From Candidatus Kuenenbacteria bacterium (GTDB lineage Bacteria; Patescibacteriota; Patescibacteriia; UBA11705; JABHMO01), in the NCBI GenBank assembly GCA_013202715.1, contig JABMRF010000023.1, positions 2,327-66,326 of the forward strand: a stretch of DNA of 64,000 nucleotides, given 5' to 3'. The translations under genes and the position numbers were made by a program. Shown piece after piece: positions 27,761 through 37,060 of the stretch (position 1 is the stretch's first letter; each line of letters opens with the position of its first letter). The notes beneath the pieces were generated by a model that saw only the letters and a program-made list of their open reading frames with translations, was not told the origin of the DNA and ran no database searches.

Positions 27761-29653
27761 TCAATTGATACCACCAGAGATCTTTGTATTAAATCCCATT
27801 TTCTTTTGATACTCGAGAGTTGCTACAATATTTCCAGCTTGCAACAGAGATTCAAAGGTGCCGGTATCGAGCCAACGACCACGAATCAGACGAACATCCA
27901 GCTCATTAATTGTCAAATATGCTTTGTGTACTTCAGTAATATCAGTTTCTGGGCGCCAGGTCGGCTTTATTCCCTTTGCAATATTAGCAACTCGACTGTC
28001 AAAAATATATATTCCTGGAATCGCATAATTACTTTTTGGCTCTTTTGGTTTTTCTTCAATCGACAGCACCTGCTTATTGATATCAAACTCAACCACTCCG
28101 AAACGCTCTGGATCCGGAACTTCAACGGCAAAAATGCGTCCACCTTTATCAAAGGATTTAATATCTTCAGTAAAATCATGATCAAAAAACAGATTATCAC
28201 CCAAAATTAAGGTTACATTATCATCACCAATAAAATTCTCACCGATAATAAATGCTTCCGGCAATCCTTTTGGCGCATCCTGAATTTCATAGGTAATTTT
28301 CACACCCCATTCTTTTCCTGAACCAAGCAATTGCAAATACTGGCCAGCATACTCCGGAGCAACAATTATCAAAATATCTTTAATCCCGGACTTAATTAGT
28401 GTTTCCAGCGGATACATGACCATTGGTTTGTTATAAATCGTCAATAGCTGCTTGCTGGTAATTTTTGTTAACGGATGCAGGCGAGTACCCTTTCCTCCTG
28501 CCAAAATAATACCTTTCATATTTTTTTGTGTGTCACTCTGCCTGCCCGCCGTAGTTTTAACGGAGGTGGGAGCGAACGAACGCGGTGAGTGAGTCGAAGA
28601 GTTAGAAACTACATTAATTTTTTGCTCGACTTGCTGAACATGTTCCACAAAAACTTTTTCAACCGGCGACTCCGGCGCAACAAGTTCTTCGTTTACAAGA
28701 GGAGCTGGGTCAACCTTTTCTTCTTCCATTCTAAACCCGTCTGACAAATGGATCTCTGGTGCTTTCTCGATTCGATCAACTTTATTTCCGCCAGGGGCGG
28801 AAACTTTTTCAACCGCCCCAATTTCATCCAAAAATGATTGGAGCGCATCTTGCCAACTTCTCATTTTTGGCAGTTTTGAATTAATTAAACTGGAAAACAT
28901 CGGTCTTTTCGCTGAGCGAGGAAATACACTACAAGCAACTGGGTTTATTTTCACAGTTTTGTTAGCTCGTTCAAAAATTTCACAAGCAAATTCACACCAG
29001 GTACAGGCGCCTTCATTTGTGACGTGATAAATCCCAGGAGCATAATCTCCTTCGACCAATAATTTGGTTTGTTCAGCCAGATCAACGACGTAGGTTGGAC
29101 TGCTCACTTCTTCGTCAACAATATCCAGCTCCTCTTTTTCATCAGCCAACTTTAACATTATTTCCACAAAACTTTTTTTTGCTCCTTCAATCAAGGCTGA
29201 TTTCCCAAACAAACGAGAAGTTCTGATTAAAAAAGTCAAATCATTATGCTCTAAAATCTCTTCGCCTAAATATTTTGATTCACCGTATTTTGAAATCGGT
29301 GCCGGCAAATCATATTCTAGATAACCTTCTTGCTTTTGACCGTCAAAAACATAGTCCGTACTGTAGTGAATTAAAAAAGCGCCAACCTTATTGGCAGCCT
29401 TGGCTAGATTAATCGGCCCTTGATGGTTAATTTTTTTTGCTAATTCAAACTTTTCTTCGCAATCATCAACTGCGTTGTAAGCTGCAGAATTAATAATTAA
29501 TTCCGGCTGTAGTTCCCTGATCTTCTGGTTAACCGCTTTTTCATCAGTTATATCTAATTCTTCCCTGTCCCAAAGCGTTAATTCATAATTACTAAATACT
29601 TTGGCTAATTCTTGACCGAGCATCCCCTTTGATCCGATGATTAACAGTTTCAT
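27761..29653 (-). CDS. Fused dTDP-4-dehydrorhamnose reductase (RmlD) / glucose-1-phosphate thymidylyltransferase (RmlA)
   Basis: N-terminal ~290 aa MKLLIIGSKGMLGQEL...NSAAYNAVDDCE (RmlD). A ~90-aa low-complexity linker. C-terminal 252 aa MKGIILAGGKGTRLHPLTKITSKQLL...GRWLDTGT (RmlA). One continuous 630-aa ORF. Confidence 0.8.
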   Translation of the reverse strand: MKLLIIGSKGMLGQELAKVFSNYELTLWDREELDITDEKAVNQKIRELQPELIINSAAYNAVDDCEEKFELAKKINHQGPINLAKAANKVGAFLIHYSTDYVFDGQKQEGYLEYDLPAPISKYGESKYLGEEILEHNDLTFLIRTSRLFGKSALIEGAKKSFVEIMLKLADEKEELDIVDEEVSSPTYVVDLAEQTKLLVEGDYAPGIYHVTNEGACTWCEFACEIFERANKTVKINPVACSVFPRSAKRPMFSSLINSKLPKMRSWQDALQSFLDEIGAVEKVSAPGGNKVDRIEKAPEIHLSDGFRMEEEKVDPAPLVNEELVAPESPVEKVFVEHVQQVEQKINVVSNSSTHSPRSFAPTSVKTTAGRQSDTQKNMKGIILAGGKGTRLHPLTKITSKQLLTIYNKPMVMYPLETLIKSGIKDILIIVAPEYAGQYLQLLGSGKEWGVKITYEIQDAPKGLPEAFIIGENFIGDDNVTLILGDNLFFDHDFTEDIKSFDKGGRIFAVEVPDPERFGVVEFDINKQVLSIEEKPKEPKSNYAIPGIYIFDSRVANIAKGIKPTWRPETDITEVHKAYLTINELDVRLIRGRWLDTGTFESLLQAGNIVATLEYQKKMGFNTKISGGIN

Positions 29654-29791
29654 ATAGCAAATAAATTAAGAATAATCTAAATCCAGTTTAATCAAATTTA
29701 AGGCAAAAGTCAAATTCACCCTGCCAACGGCGAGAAAAAAAATGCCCCGCCTTTTGAGAAAGACGGGGACAAAGGTTCAAGGAATTAAGGA

Positions 29792-30520
29792 TCAACTGCG
29801 CACAGGCTCCCATGCATTGTCTGTTTCGCCTGAAGGACGAGGCATACGAAAGAACACGCGCCGGATGAATTTCCATCCGCGATTGAACGTAAAGGCATTT
29901 ACCATCCACCCATCACCATGCCACTCAACGTAAACCGTGCGAAGCACACCGGTATTGTCACGAACATAAAAAATATTCGGTTGCACATTCGTAAGAAGAG
30001 CCCCTTCGTCATCTTTCCCTTTCTGCAAAAGCATGAGATACCAAATCTCGGAAAGAGTAGTTTCTGCCATTTCCGCGCCACCGAGCTCTGACAGAATCTC
30101 TTCATCGTCCGCATCCCGCGTCAACGTTGAGTAGGCCAGAATCGACCCATCGAAAGAACCGACATCCATCGAGCCGAACCACGACTTGAAACTTTCACGA
30201 ACGTCGCAAATCCTCACGCGTCTACTGTACCATGGAATATCCTTCTTGAAACAATCGAGCGAGTTGAACGTCTCTTCGGTGGCAGGCACGGAGACCAACC
30301 CCACCTCCATCGGAACATGAGCAAATAATACCTTCTTCTTTTTCTCCGCTTCATCGAGCAATTCGATAAAGTTAGCCTCCGCAATCATGACCTGTAGCCA
30401 CCTGACCACATCCGCAAGCTTACGCGTTTTGGACATGATCATTTCCAGAATTGACGCTTGTTGTCCGACAAAAGTCTTGTACAGATTCTTTTCTTTGCCA
30501 CTACCCATGGCGTCCTCCAT
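29792..30520 (-). CDS. Hypothetical protein on a GC-rich (~52%) island
   Basis: Local GC is ~52% versus ~38-40% for the flanks. The product has no recognisable motif. Start set at MEDAMGSG; the track ORF extends further 5'. Confidence 0.45.
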   Translation of the reverse strand: MEDAMGSGKEKNLYKTFVGQQASILEMIMSKTRKLADVVRWLQVMIAEANFIELLDEAEKKKKVLFAHVPMEVGLVSVPATEETFNSLDCFKKDIPWYSRRVRICDVRESFKSWFGSMDVGSFDGSILAYSTLTRDADDEEILSELGGAEMAETTLSEIWYLMLLQKGKDDEGALLTNVQPNIFYVRDNTGVLRTVYVEWHGDGWMVNAFTFNRGWKFIRRVFFRMPRPSGETDNAWEPVRS

Positions 30521-30775
30521 TGAAAGAGCTACAAACCCGGCGACTATGAATCGCCGTTTTCCCCACCTGCCGATATGGCAGATTATCAAGGGAAAAGATC
30601 GCTGATTATTTATAATAACAATCAAGGATCTTTCCCTTTGATTTGACTGAGAACTATATCACACTCATTACCCTTTGTCAACCCCTACATCGGCGGGATC
30701 AATAGTATCGAAACACTCCCCTCTTTCTCCGTCAACGACCTCGAGCATAGCCGAGAGGTCAAACAAAAAAGCACT

Positions 30776-30808
30776 CAGTAGGAACGGTCACGACCGTCCC
30801 CTACTGAA
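30776..30808. repeat. REP-like palindrome, second copy of the motif inside the 9840 transposase
   Basis: cagtaggaacggtcacgaccgtcccctactg. Confidence 0.6.
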
Positions 30809-30893
30809 TGCTTTTTCTATATCTAAATTGTCTTTATGCTTTAATCTTTATTCTTTTGTCTTTCTTTGCTCTTTGCCCCTTGGTCCTTGCTCC

Positions 30894-31904
30894 TTATTTC
30901 CTATTGTACCACTGCTCATAATAATCTTTGTAATCCCCAGACTTAATCCTCTGCCACCAACCACCATTATTCGCATACCAATCAATTGTCTGCTTGATCC
31001 CCTGCTCAAAATTCATTTTTGGTTGCCACCCTAGCTCGGCTTGAACCTTGTGTGAACGAACTGCGTAACGCCGATCATGACCCGGGCGATCCTTTACATA
31101 TTCAATCATTTCTTCACCAAATCCCATACCCTGTAAAATTGCCATTGTTAATTCGTAATTTGATTTTTCAGAATCTCCGCCAATACAATAAGTATGACCA
31201 ATCCTTCCACCACGAATAACTAAATCAACCGCTTCGCAATGGTCATCAACGTGAATCCAATCACGAACGTTCTTGCCGTCTCCGTAAAGTGGGACTTTTT
31301 TTCCTTCCATTAGATTCGTAATGAAAAGTGGAATAACTTTTTCTGGAAATTGAAACGGGCCATAATTATTTGAGCAATTTGAAATTGTAATCGGCAAGCC
31401 ATAAGTGTGATAATATGCTCGCACCAAATGATCTGATGCGGCCTTGGAAGAAGAGTACGGACTTTTCGGGTCATATGGAGTTTCTTCATGAAATGCTTTG
31501 TTTTCATCTTCCAGTGATAGTGAACCAAAAACCTCATCTGTAGAAACATGGTGAAATCTTTTGTTCCCAAGCTGACGAGCAACTTCGAGAAGTGAATGAG
31601 TTCCAAGCACATTTGTCCGAACAAAAGAAAATGGATCCAAAACTGATCGGTCGACATGAGACTCTGCCGCGAAATGCACAATAATGTCACAATCAACAGC
31701 AATATGCGCTACCAATTCGGAATTTAAAATATCCCCCTTCACAAACTTATAGTTTGGGTGATTTTCAAAGTCTTTTAGATTTTCCAAATTACCCGCATAA
31801 GTCAAACTATCCAGATTGATAACCTGGTCCTGCGGATATTTATTCAAAACATAGCGGATAAAATTCGATCCGATAAATCCTGCTCCTCCGGTCACTAATA
31901 GTTT
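30894..31904 (-). CDS. rmlB: dTDP-glucose 4,6-dehydratase
   Basis: MKLLVTGGAGFIGSNFIRYV...Y..SK and C-terminal ...DRRYAVRSHKVQAELGWQP. Confidence 0.92.
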   Translation of the reverse strand, partial: KLLVTGGAGFIGSNFIRYVLNKYPQDQVINLDSLTYAGNLENLKDFENHPNYKFVKGDILNSELVAHIAVDCDIIVHFAAESHVDRSVLDPFSFVRTNVLGTHSLLEVARQLGNKRFHHVSTDEVFGSLSLEDENKAFHEETPYDPKSPYSSSKAASDHLVRAYYHTYGLPITISNCSNNYGPFQFPEKVIPLFITNLMEGKKVPLYGDGKNVRDWIHVDDHCEAVDLVIRGGRIGHTYCIGGDSEKSNYELTMAILQGMGFGEEMIEYVKDRPGHDRRYAVRSHKVQAELGWQPKMNFEQGIKQTIDWYANNGGWWQRIKSGDYKDYYEQWYNRK

Positions 31905-31987
31905 CATATTTTTTCTAATCATTATTCACAACTTACTAATTACAACTTACTACTTTATTTCAAATAATGCAAATCAATTTTTGACAA

Positions 31988-32015
31988 CCAAAAAGCTCCC
32001 CTTAGGGAGCTTTTT
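31988..32015 (-). terminator. Terminator hairpin for 32019..33998
   Basis: aaaaagctccccttagggagctttttg. Confidence 0.6.
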
Positions 32016-32018
32016 GTA

Positions 32019-33998
32019 TTATTCTAAATCTTCTCCTTTTTGACCTCTCACAAACTTTCGTTCAGTTGCCCTATTCTTTGTTCTATTTTTAACTTTTTTA
32101 CTTCGCCCTTTCTCTATCTTTGGCCTGAACTTTGGTGATTCATCCGGCCGTTGATCAACCTCTTGGTCAGCTGGCGCTCGATGATAGGATTTGGTTCTTG
32201 ATTTTCCTACTTTTTCAAATTTTCCTTTTGTCTTTCTGCCCTTTTTCAAAGTTTCTCTACCCATTGATTGTCGTTGCTCAGTTAATGTTCCTGATTTGGT
32301 TGATTTAATAAATTCTGGCGGTGGTGGTGGTGGTGGATCAGGTGGGTCATGAATCGAATCATCATCATCATCATCTTCTTCTTCTTCCTTGTCTTTATCG
32401 GGTGGCGGTGGAAAATCTTCTTTTTTCCCTTTCGGCGGGAATTCTCCATAATTCTGAGGATCTACAACTCCATGCTCATCAATTATGATTGCTTTGTCTT
32501 TTCGATGAGTCACAAAGGTTTCTTCTTCCGGTGTTTCATCTTTTGGAACTGATGGCAATTTAATTCCAATTTCCCCTGTTTCAAGTTCAAACTTATATCT
32601 ATCGTGGACAGGCTTTGGAGTTGGCCTTGGTACTGGGACAGGTTCTGGCTCCGGCTCCTGTTCAAGATCAAATTCAATTTCTGGCACTACAATATCTACC
32701 TCTTTTTCTTCCAATGGTGGCTCCGGCGGAATTTCCCTAACAATGTCATCAGCTTCAAAAGCAACCACAAGTGCAACATCAACCCCTCGACGACTTTCAA
32801 ATACTTGGTTAAGTAAATTTCTTTCCTCCTCTGTTAATTTTTCCAAATTCAAATGTCCACGATTATAATTTCTAATAAATGTATGTAACTGTTCATCGTT
32901 TAAGCCAAATTCTTTTTTTAATAATTCATCAACTCCGTCTTTTTCCAACCATTCTCCATCAACATCAGCACCAACCTTGTCTTCATCCCCTCTCATAATT
33001 TCAAAATCTTTTATGCCCAGTTCATCTAAAACTTCTCTCACAGTTGCTTCTCCAAGATCTCCGCGACCATGCTGCAGCTCACGGTTTTTATCAAGATTTC
33101 CCTCCGAACTACCCTTACCTGTCAACTTAACATAAACTGCTTTAATCTCTTCAACAGATTTGCCCTGTTCCTCTGCTTGCGTTCTTAGTTCTGTTCTAAA
33201 ATACTCCTTTAATGCCTCCTTTTGTTCCGGAGATATTTTTTTTGCTTCATATCTTTTTGACCAATCCACTTTTAGATCAAACTGATCCCCTTTGGAAAAT
33301 AATGTCTCAGGATTTGGCAGGGTTTCAGTTGAAGGATCATTTCCCGTCCGCATTGACTCTTGATCAATCTTCACCGTTGTTTTATTAAGTTTAACTCTTG
33401 GTTTTATTTTCAAATCTTTTCCGGCCAATGGATCAACTTCCACTGCTTCTTCTGGCTCAGCCTCTCCAATCCCCTCTTCCTTTGATACTTTTATCCCCTT
33501 TGGGTATTTGACCGTAAACTCATGACCTTCTGCCTCTTCCAGATTTTGAGCCGGTGCCTGTTCACTTGAAGATTGTTCATCTCTTTGAGTAGCCTCTACA
33601 TCTGGTATCGGAGTGACCATCAGCATTATGGCCGCCAAGGCGCCTCTTAACCACTTATTACCCGGTAAATTGGATAATGTTTTTAAAAATTTTTTAAATC
33701 CCTTAACGTCTTCTGCTGTTTTTAATTCTTTAAGACGCAATTCTTGCATTTGCTCGACAAACTTATTCGCGTCTGCTTCAGATATATTTTTTTCCCTAAA
33801 CGCTTGCCTCCACTGTTCAGGGGATAATCTCAAAGCCAGCTCCTTGTAGTCCTCAGAAGTCAATTGTTTTCCTTTTGGTAAAGTTTCAATTGGTTGCGCA
33901 CCTTCTTTGTAATACTGAGGATATTCTAAATCCAATTCCTCCTCTCCGCCTGCCGGCGCGCGATTTTCGTCAATTGATTGTTGGTCAAGATTTGCCAT
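32019..33998 (-). CDS. Large low-complexity protein: acidic/Pro-rich core with a Lys/Arg-rich basic C-terminal tail
   Basis: 659 aa with EPEPEPVPVPRPTPKPV, EEEEDDDDDDSIHDPPDPPPPPPPE and a basic tail KGRKTKGKFEKVGKSRTKS...KKVKNRTKNR. No signal peptide. Confidence 0.5.
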   Translation of the reverse strand: MANLDQQSIDENRAPAGGEEELDLEYPQYYKEGAQPIETLPKGKQLTSEDYKELALRLSPEQWRQAFREKNISEADANKFVEQMQELRLKELKTAEDVKGFKKFLKTLSNLPGNKWLRGALAAIMLMVTPIPDVEATQRDEQSSSEQAPAQNLEEAEGHEFTVKYPKGIKVSKEEGIGEAEPEEAVEVDPLAGKDLKIKPRVKLNKTTVKIDQESMRTGNDPSTETLPNPETLFSKGDQFDLKVDWSKRYEAKKISPEQKEALKEYFRTELRTQAEEQGKSVEEIKAVYVKLTGKGSSEGNLDKNRELQHGRGDLGEATVREVLDELGIKDFEIMRGDEDKVGADVDGEWLEKDGVDELLKKEFGLNDEQLHTFIRNYNRGHLNLEKLTEEERNLLNQVFESRRGVDVALVVAFEADDIVREIPPEPPLEEKEVDIVVPEIEFDLEQEPEPEPVPVPRPTPKPVHDRYKFELETGEIGIKLPSVPKDETPEEETFVTHRKDKAIIIDEHGVVDPQNYGEFPPKGKKEDFPPPPDKDKEEEEDDDDDDSIHDPPDPPPPPPPEFIKSTKSGTLTEQRQSMGRETLKKGRKTKGKFEKVGKSRTKSYHRAPADQEVDQRPDESPKFRPKIEKGRSKKVKNRTKNRATERKFVRGQKGEDLE

Positions 33999-34021
33999 AT
34001 AAACGAATTATTACATTTTTT

Positions 34022-34228
34022 TTATTTGTTTCCTGATATCTTCCTCACTTTTTTCAATTTTTTTTCATCTTCTTTTTTTATTTTTTCTTTTTTTTTCCAA
34101 AATGAAAACTTCGTTAAAATTTCTTTCAGCCAAACAGAAGTATAAGCCTTTCCGACTGGATCTTTGATTAATTTTTCATATTCAGCCTTTTCTTCAGGTG
34201 TTGCACTAAAATCATTATTGTTTGTCAT
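34022..34228 (-). CDS. Small basic protein (hypothetical)
   Basis: 68 aa with a K-rich C-terminus. Weak support. Confidence 0.3.
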   Translation of the reverse strand: MTNNNDFSATPEEKAEYEKLIKDPVGKAYTSVWLKEILTKFSFWKKKEKIKKEDEKKLKKVRKISGNK

Positions 34229-34230
34229 AT

Positions 34231-34779
34231 TTAACTATCTAAAAATAATTGTAATTTACAAAAACAAGCCATAGTCGGACCGTCAGTAATTTCACCGGCC
34301 TTGATCATGTTTCCCAATTGCTCAAGAGTAACTTTTTTCGTTTCCAAAAACTCATTATAATCAGGCTTAATTTCCTTGGTAGTGGGTTCAACCTCACGAG
34401 CAACATAGACATGACCACGTTGGTTGGAATAACTATTCGCCGTATAAAACTCACCAATCTTTTCCCAATTGTCCGATTGCAAACTAACCTCTTCCGCCAT
34501 TTCCCGTTTCGCAGCCGCCAGAGGGGTTTCATTTTTTTCAATATCAATTCCACCCGATGGCAGTTCCCAGGTATATTCTTTGGTAGGATATCGATATTGG
34601 CCGACTAGATAAACTTCATTATCTTTTGTAAGTGGAATAACAATGACAAAATCTGCATAATCCATTACAAAATATTTGCATTCATTTCCATCAGGCAATG
34701 CAACATCATCCTCCAATATTTTATACCAGGGATTTTCGTGAACAAGTTTACTTTTAATTGTTTTCCAGAACTTTTCCAT
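34231..34779 (-). CDS. NUDIX hydrolase (ADP-ribose pyrophosphatase-like)
   Basis: Nudix box LPSGGIDIEKNETPLAAAKREMAEEVSL. Confidence 0.8.
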   Translation of the reverse strand: MEKFWKTIKSKLVHENPWYKILEDDVALPDGNECKYFVMDYADFVIVIPLTKDNEVYLVGQYRYPTKEYTWELPSGGIDIEKNETPLAAAKREMAEEVSLQSDNWEKIGEFYTANSYSNQRGHVYVAREVEPTTKEIKPDYNEFLETKKVTLEQLGNMIKAGEITDGPTMACFCKLQLFLDS

Positions 34780-34782
34780 ACT

Positions 34783-36555
34783 TTATTCAAACAGTAATTT
34801 CAAATTTGGATACTGCTGTCTTAACTTGTCCTGTTCAGTCACAGAAATATCTTTGCTAAAATAAATAACACCGCCGATAGATTTCGGAAGTTTTAATCCT
34901 TCTACCGAGGTAAGGCTACCAAGATCAAGATTACCGCCAATAGATTCCGGAAGTTTTAGTCCTTCTGCCGAGGTAAGGCTACCAAGAGTAAGCCAACCGC
35001 CAATAGATTCCGAAAATTTTAGTCCTTCTGCCGAGGTAAGGCTACCAAGTTCAAGATCGCCGCCAATAGACCCTGGAAGTTTTAATCCTTCTGCCGAGGT
35101 AAGGCTACTAAGCTCAAGATAGCCGCCAACAGATTCCGGAAGTTTTAGTCCGTCTACTGAGGCAAGTCGACTAAGATCAAGATCGCCACTAATAGCTTCA
35201 GGAAGTTTTAACACTTTTGCCGAGGAAAGAAGATCAAGCACAAGATCGCCGTGATGATACTTTATGTTTCCACTCAAAGCTATTGCTTTTGTTGTACTGA
35301 TTTGAAACTTTGGTATGCCAAGAATATGGGACAGATCCGCTCTCATATCCCTACCAGAAAAAATTTCACATATTCGCGGATCTTTTTCATAACCAAATCC
35401 TTCAATCTTGCCGTCAAACTCATAGAGAAAGCGGAGATCGTCCATGGATAGTTCTTCGCTAGCATTATTTTTTGCTTCCAACTCTGTCAACCGCTTCATA
35501 GCTGCTGATTTACTTTTGTATCTCTCCCCCTCCTTTCCGAATTTATTGAGCTTGTCATCTAATATATCTGTATTTGCAATATGTGGATCAAGATTTTGTT
35601 GAGCTGCCACTCCTCTTACTTCGGCAATATTTTCGCCTTCCATACGAATAGCAAGCCTAGGTATTATTGGATTACCTTGTTTATCATGAGAATAATAGAC
35701 ATAAAAGTCTCCGTTCTCGAGCTGTGCTTCTGCGGTACTTTCTCCAGCTGTACACCAACCTGTTCCATGTCCTTGGAGCGATTCTACCAATGGCATATGA
35801 TCCGCTCCCTCATTGTATTTAATCCAGTCACCCGTGGTTATCATCAGTTCGCTTTCTTCTGCTGGCGTAACTTTTTCAATTGCCCAGGCATAAAGCTTAC
35901 CAAAATTCGCGCCCTGCAACAGTTTCTTGAATTCTGGATCATCTTCTGCTAACGAGACATTTTCTTTATTAATTTTTTTTGCCATTGCATCCACAACGTA
36001 AGCCAAAGCTTCTCTATTTAGATCAGGAAATGGAGCTACTGTATCTTTTCTTCTTTTACCAAAAACTTGCTTTTCTTTGTCAAAAGTTGATAATTTTACC
36101 ATACCGGTAAAAGCCCAGTATTTTGCCCAGGTTGGAAAACTAATTGAGTCTTCTGAGGTAAAATAGTCAAGCCAATTGTCCAAGGTTGATTTCTGGTCAG
36201 CAACAATGACCTCTTCTGCCTGCCGCCGTACTTCATCAGTAATTTCAACATCACCATGTCCCAGCTCTCTCGCTAATCTTCTTTGGGTTTCATAGTAGCT
36301 GTCAGGAATATTTTCAGGTTTAATGACAAGTGATTTGTAGTAACTTTGCTTGATTCTATCCAAAACGCGTGGGTCATCTCTGTGGCCCATGTGAGTTTTT
36401 TCAATAACGCCTAGCCAGTCAGAAATTTTTTCTGCCGGTTTTTGAGATGATTTTTCACCCTTTTTCCTTTTTCTTGATTTCTCGTGTTCTACTGGAGGAG
36501 TGGTATGAAGATTGGGATTTCTTTCGTGCAAAAATTGTGGACCTTGCATACTCAT
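34783..36555 (-). CDS. Hypothetical protein with C-terminal tandem 22-aa LRR-like repeats
   Basis: C-terminal x6 repeats of GLKLPESIGGxLxLGSLTSAE. The N-terminal ~400 aa match no known domain. No signal peptide. Confidence 0.55.
   Translation of the reverse strand: MSMQGPQFLHERNPNLHTTPPVEHEKSRKRKKGEKSSQKPAEKISDWLGVIEKTHMGHRDDPRVLDRIKQSYYKSLVIKPENIPDSYYETQRRLARELGHGDVEITDEVRRQAEEVIVADQKSTLDNWLDYFTSEDSISFPTWAKYWAFTGMVKLSTFDKEKQVFGKRRKDTVAPFPDLNREALAYVVDAMAKKINKENVSLAEDDPEFKKLLQGANFGKLYAWAIEKVTPAEESELMITTGDWIKYNEGADHMPLVESLQGHGTGWCTAGESTAEAQLENGDFYVYYSHDKQGNPIIPRLAIRMEGENIAEVRGVAAQQNLDPHIANTDILDDKLNKFGKEGERYKSKSAAMKRLTELEAKNNASEELSMDDLRFLYEFDGKIEGFGYEKDPRICEIFSGRDMRADLSHILGIPKFQISTTKAIALSGNIKYHHGDLVLDLLSSAKVLKLPEAISGDLDLSRLASVDGLKLPESVGGYLELSSLTSAEGLKLPGSIGGDLELGSLTSAEGLKFSESIGGWLTLGSLTSAEGLKLPESIGGNLDLGSLTSVEGLKLPKSIGGVIYFSKDISVTEQDKLRQQYPNLKLLFE
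34861..35235. repeat. Six near-identical tandem 66-bp repeats inside the CDS (encode the LRR-like units)
   Basis: Repeats of ...gccaatagattccggaagttttagtccttctgccgaggtaaggctaccaag... with only a few substitutions per unit. Confidence 0.8.
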
Positions 36556-36571
36556 ATATGTGTTATCTTAT

Positions 36572-36979
36572 TTATTTCAAAATTTTTCTTATTTTCTCTG
36601 CCACTTGCTCAATCTCCCCGTCTTGATACGGCTCCCCTACAAAATGCTCATGCCCATCATCCTCTTTCCTTGGAATAATATGAAAATGTAAATGAGGAAC
36701 TAACTGACCTGCAACTGAGCCATTATTTACAAGTAAATTAAAGCCTTTATAATCCAAAGACTCACAAACTCCTTTTGCTATTTTTGGAATAATGCTGATC
36801 AGAGTCCGCAAATCTTCACCGGACGTATCCAATAAGTTTTCAGAATGATTTTTGGAAATGACCAAGGTGTGGCCAGAATTATCAGGATTGATCTCTAAAA
36901 AAGCAAGAACATCTTTATCCTCGTAAACTTTATGCGCTGGAATTTCTCCATTTACAATTTTACAAAACAAGCAATCGGT
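36572..36979 (-). CDS. HIT-family (histidine triad) nucleotide hydrolase
   Basis: MTDCLFCKIVNGEIPA...HLHFHIIPR (HxHxHxx). Start set at the MTDC Met. Confidence 0.9.
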   Translation of the reverse strand, partial: TDCLFCKIVNGEIPAHKVYEDKDVLAFLEINPDNSGHTLVISKNHSENLLDTSGEDLRTLISIIPKIAKGVCESLDYKGFNLLVNNGSVAGQLVPHLHFHIIPRKEDDGHEHFVGEPYQDGEIEQVAEKIRKILK

Positions 36980-36987
36980 CATATATA

Positions 36988-37060
36988 TAGTCAAAAGTTT
37001 TAAGTCAATAGTCTAGAGTTGCTTACAACTTTTGACTTTTGACTTTTGACTCTAGACTTG
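36988..37060. repeat. Palindromic intergenic element (MITE-like family)
   Basis: tagtcaaaagttttaagtcaatagtctagagttgcttacaacttttgacttttgacttttgactctagact. Confidence 0.7.

Noticed and set aside
30675-31034. 119-aa + ORF in a CT-rich tract
   Set aside because: It lies in the polypyrimidine 3' region of rmlB on the opposite strand, giving an S/P/L-rich low-complexity translation. Composition artefact.
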